A DNA stretch of 30,717 nucleotides. Source: a virus. Taxonomy: Duplodnaviria; Caudoviricetes. A program made the position numbers and the translations under genes. The stretch spans positions 1 to 30,717 of the IMG/VR virus record IMGVR_UViG_3300006916_000214. One strand, given 5' to 3'. Positions 26,832 through 30,717 of the stretch are shown here, piece after piece. The notes under the pieces are model-generated. The model was not told the origin of the DNA. It searched no databases and was given only the letters and a program-made list of their open reading frames with translations. How positions within the stretch are numbered: the stretch's first letter is position 1; every line of letters begins with the position of its first letter.

Positions 26832-27360
26832 TGGTCAATGCTCCGTTAATAGTTAGGGTTGCATTTAAAGAAAGTGGACCATTGGCAGATGCGTTAGTAT
26901 TAGCCGCAATAGTTACATTAGTATCTAGTTGCGCTTCATGAACTCTAAAAATATCTCCAAGTCCATTTGTTGTATCACCTGTTGTTCCATTCTCGCCTAA
27001 AAAATATCCTGCGCCTAGCTGTACACCTGAAGCTATTTTAGCCTGGGTAACACTACCATTAGCTAATTTAGCTGTAGTAATGCTTCCATCATCAGGCGTC
27101 GTAGTACCTTGAGCAAAGCCATCATATATTACATAAAAGTCATCTGTTGAAGCCACGTTACCTGTCATAGTAAGAGTAGTGCCTGTCGCAGTGTATGCCA
27201 CGGCAGGCTCTTGTCTTACATTATTAACAAAGACTTCAATATCTTTTGCGTCACTTACAGAGTGTGTTAGCGTGTAAGGCCCAGTTGTACCATTACCAGT
27301 TAAGGTTTGTTTTCTTTTAGAGACGTATAGCTCTAATGGTTCGTTACCAACGTATCCCAT
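26824..27360 (-). CDS. Fibre 'anchor/connector' protein
   Basis: 178 aa; MGYVGNEP start, beta domain (IEVFVNNVRQEP..AYT), ITTAKLA/VTQAKIA repeats, and conserved C-terminal GDIFRVHE...GPL...LTINGALTIV. Confidence 0.75.
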   Translation of the reverse strand: MGYVGNEPLELYVSKRKQTLTGNGTTGPYTLTHSVSDAKDIEVFVNNVRQEPAVAYTATGTTLTMTGNVASTDDFYVIYDGFAQGTTTPDDGSITTAKLANGSVTQAKIASGVQLGAGYFLGENGTTGDTTNGLGDIFRVHEAQLDTNVTIAANTNASANGPLSLNATLTINGALTIV

Positions 27361-27369
27361 TTAAACCTC

Positions 27370-27705
27370 CTACTGACTAATGTCATCAACGGCAGATACC
27401 CACGCATCTAGACTTGTTGCTAGGCTCGACTTAATCCAAAGTCTGTCGCCGCTTTTAACTACGATTTTAGCTCCACCATCCAATACCTGTAAAGCTGAAC
27501 CTGAAGGAATTGGAATTTCTTTTGCAAGGTAAATGTCGTTAGTGCCGTCATTAATATAAACATCTACCAAAGCTTGGTTAGGATCTTTGTTTGTGATATG
27601 AATACCTACAATAGTATCAAAGCTATCAAACGCTGCCGCATTAGGAATACTAGCCGCAGTCGTGCCGATATTATGTAAAGTATATCGCCTAAAATTCTGT
27701 GCCAT
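27370..27705 (-). CDS. Small beta-sandwich structural protein (fibre-associated)
   Basis: 111 aa; MAQNF...YLAKEIPIPSGSAL...KIVVKSGD...LDAWVS. In marine phages this type usually follows genes ending in AIAMAIAL. Confidence 0.7.
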   Translation of the reverse strand: MAQNFRRYTLHNIGTTAASIPNAAAFDSFDTIVGIHITNKDPNQALVDVYINDGTNDIYLAKEIPIPSGSALQVLDGGAKIVVKSGDRLWIKSSLATSLDAWVSAVDDISQ

Positions 27706-27714
27706 GTTATTCTC

Positions 27715-29244
27715 CTATAGTGCGATTGCCATAGCGATAGCAAAACCATTTGTAGCACCTTCTTGAGTAGGCGTCCAAACCTGAGTACCAGTGTCGTAAA
27801 CCTTTAGCTTGCCGTTAGTGCTATCATAATATAATGCGCCGTTGATAAGTGCATTTCCGTCGTTGTCTAGAGTAGGATCAGAAGACTTTGCGCCAAGATA
27901 AGTATCATCGAAGCTATCAAACTGAGAAGCCGCCTGTTCTGCCCAATATTTTGCAGAGTAATTTGTGCCGTCAACTGTTGTGTTAGTTGCATAGCTACTT
28001 CCACCACCTATCGCCCACTGTTTTGCAGAGCCATCTGTCTGGCCCGCCTGGCTTCCTACAGCCCACTCTTTAGATGAGTAACCAGTACCATCAACAGTGC
28101 CTGTAGTTTTAACTGCCCATTCCTGAGAGGCCCCAGATCCTGCAGTGTTGGTTACCCCAGTACCACCAATAGCCCAAGCTTTAGAAGAGTATCCTTCTCC
28201 TGTTACAGCTTCGCCATTAATCTTTTGGGCCCACGCTTCTGCTTCATCTTCAGATCCTTGGGCGTCTGTAGCAGAGTTTGCCGCATTAGTCTCGCTAGTT
28301 GCAGCATTTGTTTCCGATGTAGACGCGTTGCTTTCTGACGTAGCAGCATTCGTAGCAGAGGTGGCTGCGGCAGTAGCTGAATTAGCTGCGGCAGTTGCTG
28401 AGCTAGACGCGGCTGTGGCACTTGTCGATGCGTTTGTCTCAGAAGTAGAGGCATTAGTCGCAGACGTAGCAGCGTTAGACTCGCTTGTTGCTGCGTTACT
28501 TGCGCTAGTCGCTGCATTCGTAGCTGAAGTCGCTGCTGCTGTAGCTTGCGTTGTCGCTGTCGTAGCAGAGGTAGCTGCGTTAGTGGCACTCGTTGCCGCA
28601 TTAGTCTCGCTAGTGGCTGCGTTCGTCTCACTTGTCGCGGCGTTGGTAGCGCTAGTAGCCGCTGCCGTGGCGCTATTAGCTGCAGCAGTAGCTTGTGAAG
28701 AAGCCGTAGCTGCGTCTGCCGTAATAGAGTTAGCATAGTGCTTTGCAGAATACTCTGTACCATCAACTGTTCCGCCAGTTTTAGTAGCCCACTCTTTCGC
28801 CGCTCCAGCTGCAATGCTATTGGTTACACCTGTACCGCCTATAGCCCAAGCTTTAGAGCTGTAATCAGTACTTTCAACAATGCCGTTAGTCTTTACTGCC
28901 CAGTCCTGAGCGTCATCAGCGGAATCATCTGCGTTAGTCGCAGAAGTTGCGGCAGCAGTAGCTGATCCTGACGCCGCAGACGCGCTACCAGAAGCTGCAG
29001 TTGCGCTATTAGCCGCGTTAGCGGCGCTAGTAGCTGCGTTAGCCTCGCTTAAAGCCGCATCATTCGCGGACTGTTGAGCAGCGGCAAGGTCAGCAGCAAT
29101 GGCCGGTGTAATGCTTTGATAGTTAGCTTCTTCAGCTCCAAAGAAGGAGCCTGCTTGAGCCTTTGTTGTGGCGCCTGAAGCAGCAACGCTATGTTCTGCA
29201 TCGTTCAAGTTAGTTACAGTAGAGGGTTGAGCTGGTGTAGCCAT
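27715..29244 (-). CDS. Tail fibre shaft protein with Ala/Thr/Ser/Asn heptad coiled coil
   Basis: 509 aa; AATSATN/AATSETN heptads, YSSKxWA repeats, FDDTYLGAKSSDPTLDNDGNAL..GALYY motif, and GFAIAMAIAL C-terminus. Confidence 0.8.
   Translation of the reverse strand: MATPAQPSTVTNLNDAEHSVAASGATTKAQAGSFFGAEEANYQSITPAIAADLAAAQQSANDAALSEANAATSAANAANSATAASGSASAASGSATAAATSATNADDSADDAQDWAVKTNGIVESTDYSSKAWAIGGTGVTNSIAAGAAKEWATKTGGTVDGTEYSAKHYANSITADAATASSQATAAANSATAAATSATNAATSETNAATSETNAATSATNAATSATTATTQATAAATSATNAATSASNAATSESNAATSATNASTSETNASTSATAASSSATAAANSATAAATSATNAATSESNASTSETNAATSETNAANSATDAQGSEDEAEAWAQKINGEAVTGEGYSSKAWAIGGTGVTNTAGSGASQEWAVKTTGTVDGTGYSSKEWAVGSQAGQTDGSAKQWAIGGGSSYATNTTVDGTNYSAKYWAEQAASQFDSFDDTYLGAKSSDPTLDNDGNALINGALYYDSTNGKLKVYDTGTQVWTPTQEGATNGFAIAMAIAL
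28263..28710 (-). repeat. Degenerate 21-nt (7-codon) tandem repeat encoding coiled-coil heptads
   Basis: About 20 heptads of AA[TN]S[AE][TS][NA]; a shorter block lies at ~28920-29060. Confidence 0.85.
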
Positions 29245-30113
29245 TAGATTAGTCCTCCTGCGCTGTAGTTAACTTGTACATTACCACCTTTAGCATTACG
29301 CTTCTTATCTTCGTCGTTAAGTTCAGTAATCTCGTTCATGAACATTGCTGCGTACTTTTGAACTTGATCGTCTTCTTGTAAATATGAAAATACTTCCGCC
29401 AAAGCACCCATCAACAACACACGCTCGTTTTCGTCGCGTAGCCAGTGAGATACTTCGTTACCTACAAAGTAAACTGTTTGCGCTGTACCAACTGCTTGCG
29501 CAGCGGCTAAGGTATCATATGCAGTTGTTACACCACCGAGAGTAACCAAGTAAAGCGGCTGAGATCCGGTAGTACCTTGTGTAGATTGAGTAAGTAGACC
29601 TGCTGTATAGTTAGCAGCTGTTACGTTGTACGTGGCATCCAAAGCAGGAAGACGTTTATAGTAAAACAGTTCAACTGCGACTGGGCTACCTACAGAGCCC
29701 TCTTGTTGAAAGCCTGGTGAAAGTAGAATAGTAGTCCCTTGACGAGACCAATGAGGCCCTGAAACCTCTGCTTGATAATCGTTATAAGTACGAATATCTA
29801 GCTTTTCATTAAAAATCCGTGTAGTATTACCTGATGCATCAACTTCTCTAATTTGAATAAACTCAATCAAATCGGCAGGAACTTTAAGCTCTGTACGACT
29901 GTCGTTATATGTAGATGAAGAAGTCGTTGCGGCTGTTAAGGCAGCGGAGTCGTAGGTAACTGTCGCTTCAAGTGGTACAATTCTCAGGTAACGATAAGAT
30001 TTATCTGCCGCATAACGCAAACAGTCTTTAATAATATCATCACTAAGAACTTGTACATCACGGTTCGACCAATCACGGACTAATGAAATCAGATCAGCAT
30101 GAGTTCTTGCCAT
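29244..30113 (-). CDS. Head-tail adaptor (tail tubular A-like)
   Basis: 289 aa; N-terminal L...VRDWSNR, ..LRI..LE, VPADLIE, ELFYYKRLPAL, and HWL.....LLMGALAE...YL..D pattern of podophage adaptors. Confidence 0.7.
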   Translation of the reverse strand: MARTHADLISLVRDWSNRDVQVLSDDIIKDCLRYAADKSYRYLRIVPLEATVTYDSAALTAATTSSSTYNDSRTELKVPADLIEFIQIREVDASGNTTRIFNEKLDIRTYNDYQAEVSGPHWSRQGTTILLSPGFQQEGSVGSPVAVELFYYKRLPALDATYNVTAANYTAGLLTQSTQGTTGSQPLYLVTLGGVTTAYDTLAAAQAVGTAQTVYFVGNEVSHWLRDENERVLLMGALAEVFSYLQEDDQVQKYAAMFMNEITELNDEDKKRNAKGGNVQVNYSAGGLI

Positions 30114-30126
30114 AAGAACCTCCTAA

Positions 30127-30465
30127 TTAAGTATTGATGAGAAGCTCCGGATACTCAGTCATTAGGATATAGCGTAGCCTTTTCATGTTATTTGGATCTT
30201 TCATAAACACTGGATCATGAAGATCTAGCTTATGATCTTGCAGCATTTTAAGAGCTACAATATCAGGAATAGTAGCAAGCTTTCTATAACCATCTTTACG
30301 ATGACCATAGTACTCTTGCTTTTCACGCTCTTCTTTGGCGTGTTCGACATACTGAGTAATATCTTGCTCAGCTTGCCACTGTTCCGTTTTAACATCAAAT
30401 CCGGCCTTAATGCCTTCCTTTCCTACAGTAGCACTGTGGAACTTCATTTCTGTTTCTTTAGCCAT
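30127..30465 (-). CDS. Hypothetical phage protein (capsid-adjacent family)
   Basis: 112 aa; GAGG RBS; RKLATIPDIV...L......D....KRL...L..EYP pattern. Confidence 0.75.
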   Translation of the reverse strand: MAKETEMKFHSATVGKEGIKAGFDVKTEQWQAEQDITQYVEHAKEEREKQEYYGHRKDGYRKLATIPDIVALKMLQDHKLDLHDPVFMKDPNNMKRLRYILMTEYPELLINT

Positions 30466-30480
30466 GTCCTCATAACTCCT

Positions 30481-30702
30481 TTACGGCGCGTCTGTATATG
30501 ATACAAAGCGGCCTGATTTGCCAATATAGCCAAGACGTGCGCCAGTAGAGCCAACAGCCGTAGGTGCGGCAGTAGTTCCTACAGACGGTGTGCCAACTGA
30601 CAAGTGAGTAATCTTATATCCACCATTAGCGTCGTCAGCTGTACGCCATACACATGTTTCTGCGGGGTAAACGTTCCCGTTGTCTAGTTTAATTACTAGC
30701 AT
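30481..30702 (-). CDS. Small hypothetical structural protein
   Basis: Start moved to ATG 30702 behind GGAGG; 73 aa. A TAA at 30715-30717 is probably the stop of the upstream gene. Confidence 0.7.
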   Translation of the reverse strand: MLVIKLDNGNVYPAETCVWRTADDANGGYKITHLSVGTPSVGTTAAPTAVGSTGARLGYIGKSGRFVSYTDAP

Positions 30703-30717
30703 TGTTACCTCCAATTA

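Noticed and set aside
19535-27360. Diversity-generating retroelement or invertase shufflon behind the adhesin array
   Set aside because: No reverse transcriptase or recombinase in the window, no near-identical TR/VR pair differing at adenines, no inverted cassettes; each gene has its own start. Elements outside the window cannot be excluded.
28263-28710. Tandem repeats as a possible CRISPR array or VNTR element
   Set aside because: 21-nt period, degenerate at third codon positions, no unique spacers; fully explained by the coiled-coil coding sequence.
28145-28814. 197-aa plus-strand ORF and 203-aa alternative-frame ORF
   Set aside because: Both are shadows of the Ala/Thr/Ser heptad repeat, whose codons give few stops in other frames; no independent RBS or motif.

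Overview
This window is the late (morphogenesis) arm of a tailed dsDNA phage, most likely a marine podovirus infecting a proteobacterium. About 35 genes all lie on the minus strand, tightly packed, and many have GGAG(G) ribosome-binding sites. In transcription order (right to left) they are: two small proteins probably just downstream of the capsid gene; a head-tail adaptor; a ~10 kb array of 16 tail fibre, adhesin and chaperone genes with a repeating modular layout; a lysis cassette (3TM holin, GH24 lysozyme); a class II (B12-dependent) ribonucleotide reductase oddly embedded in the structural operon; a 2117-aa tail nozzle-like protein with a ~1400-aa insertion; and a P22-like run of needle-like, GNAT-like and ejection genes. 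One ejection-cluster protein carries a lysozyme-like domain and another carries an apparently intact staphylococcal-nuclease-like domain. The most interesting signals are (1) the repeated 'anchor + three heads' receptor-binding cassette with conserved N-terminal docking motifs, (2) an apparently nested, out-and-back stalk inside the nozzle protein, and (3) the nuclease fused to a putative injected protein. All family assignments come from motif recognition by eye and gene order; no database search was run. I saw no tRNA, rRNA, CRISPR array, integrase or transposase.
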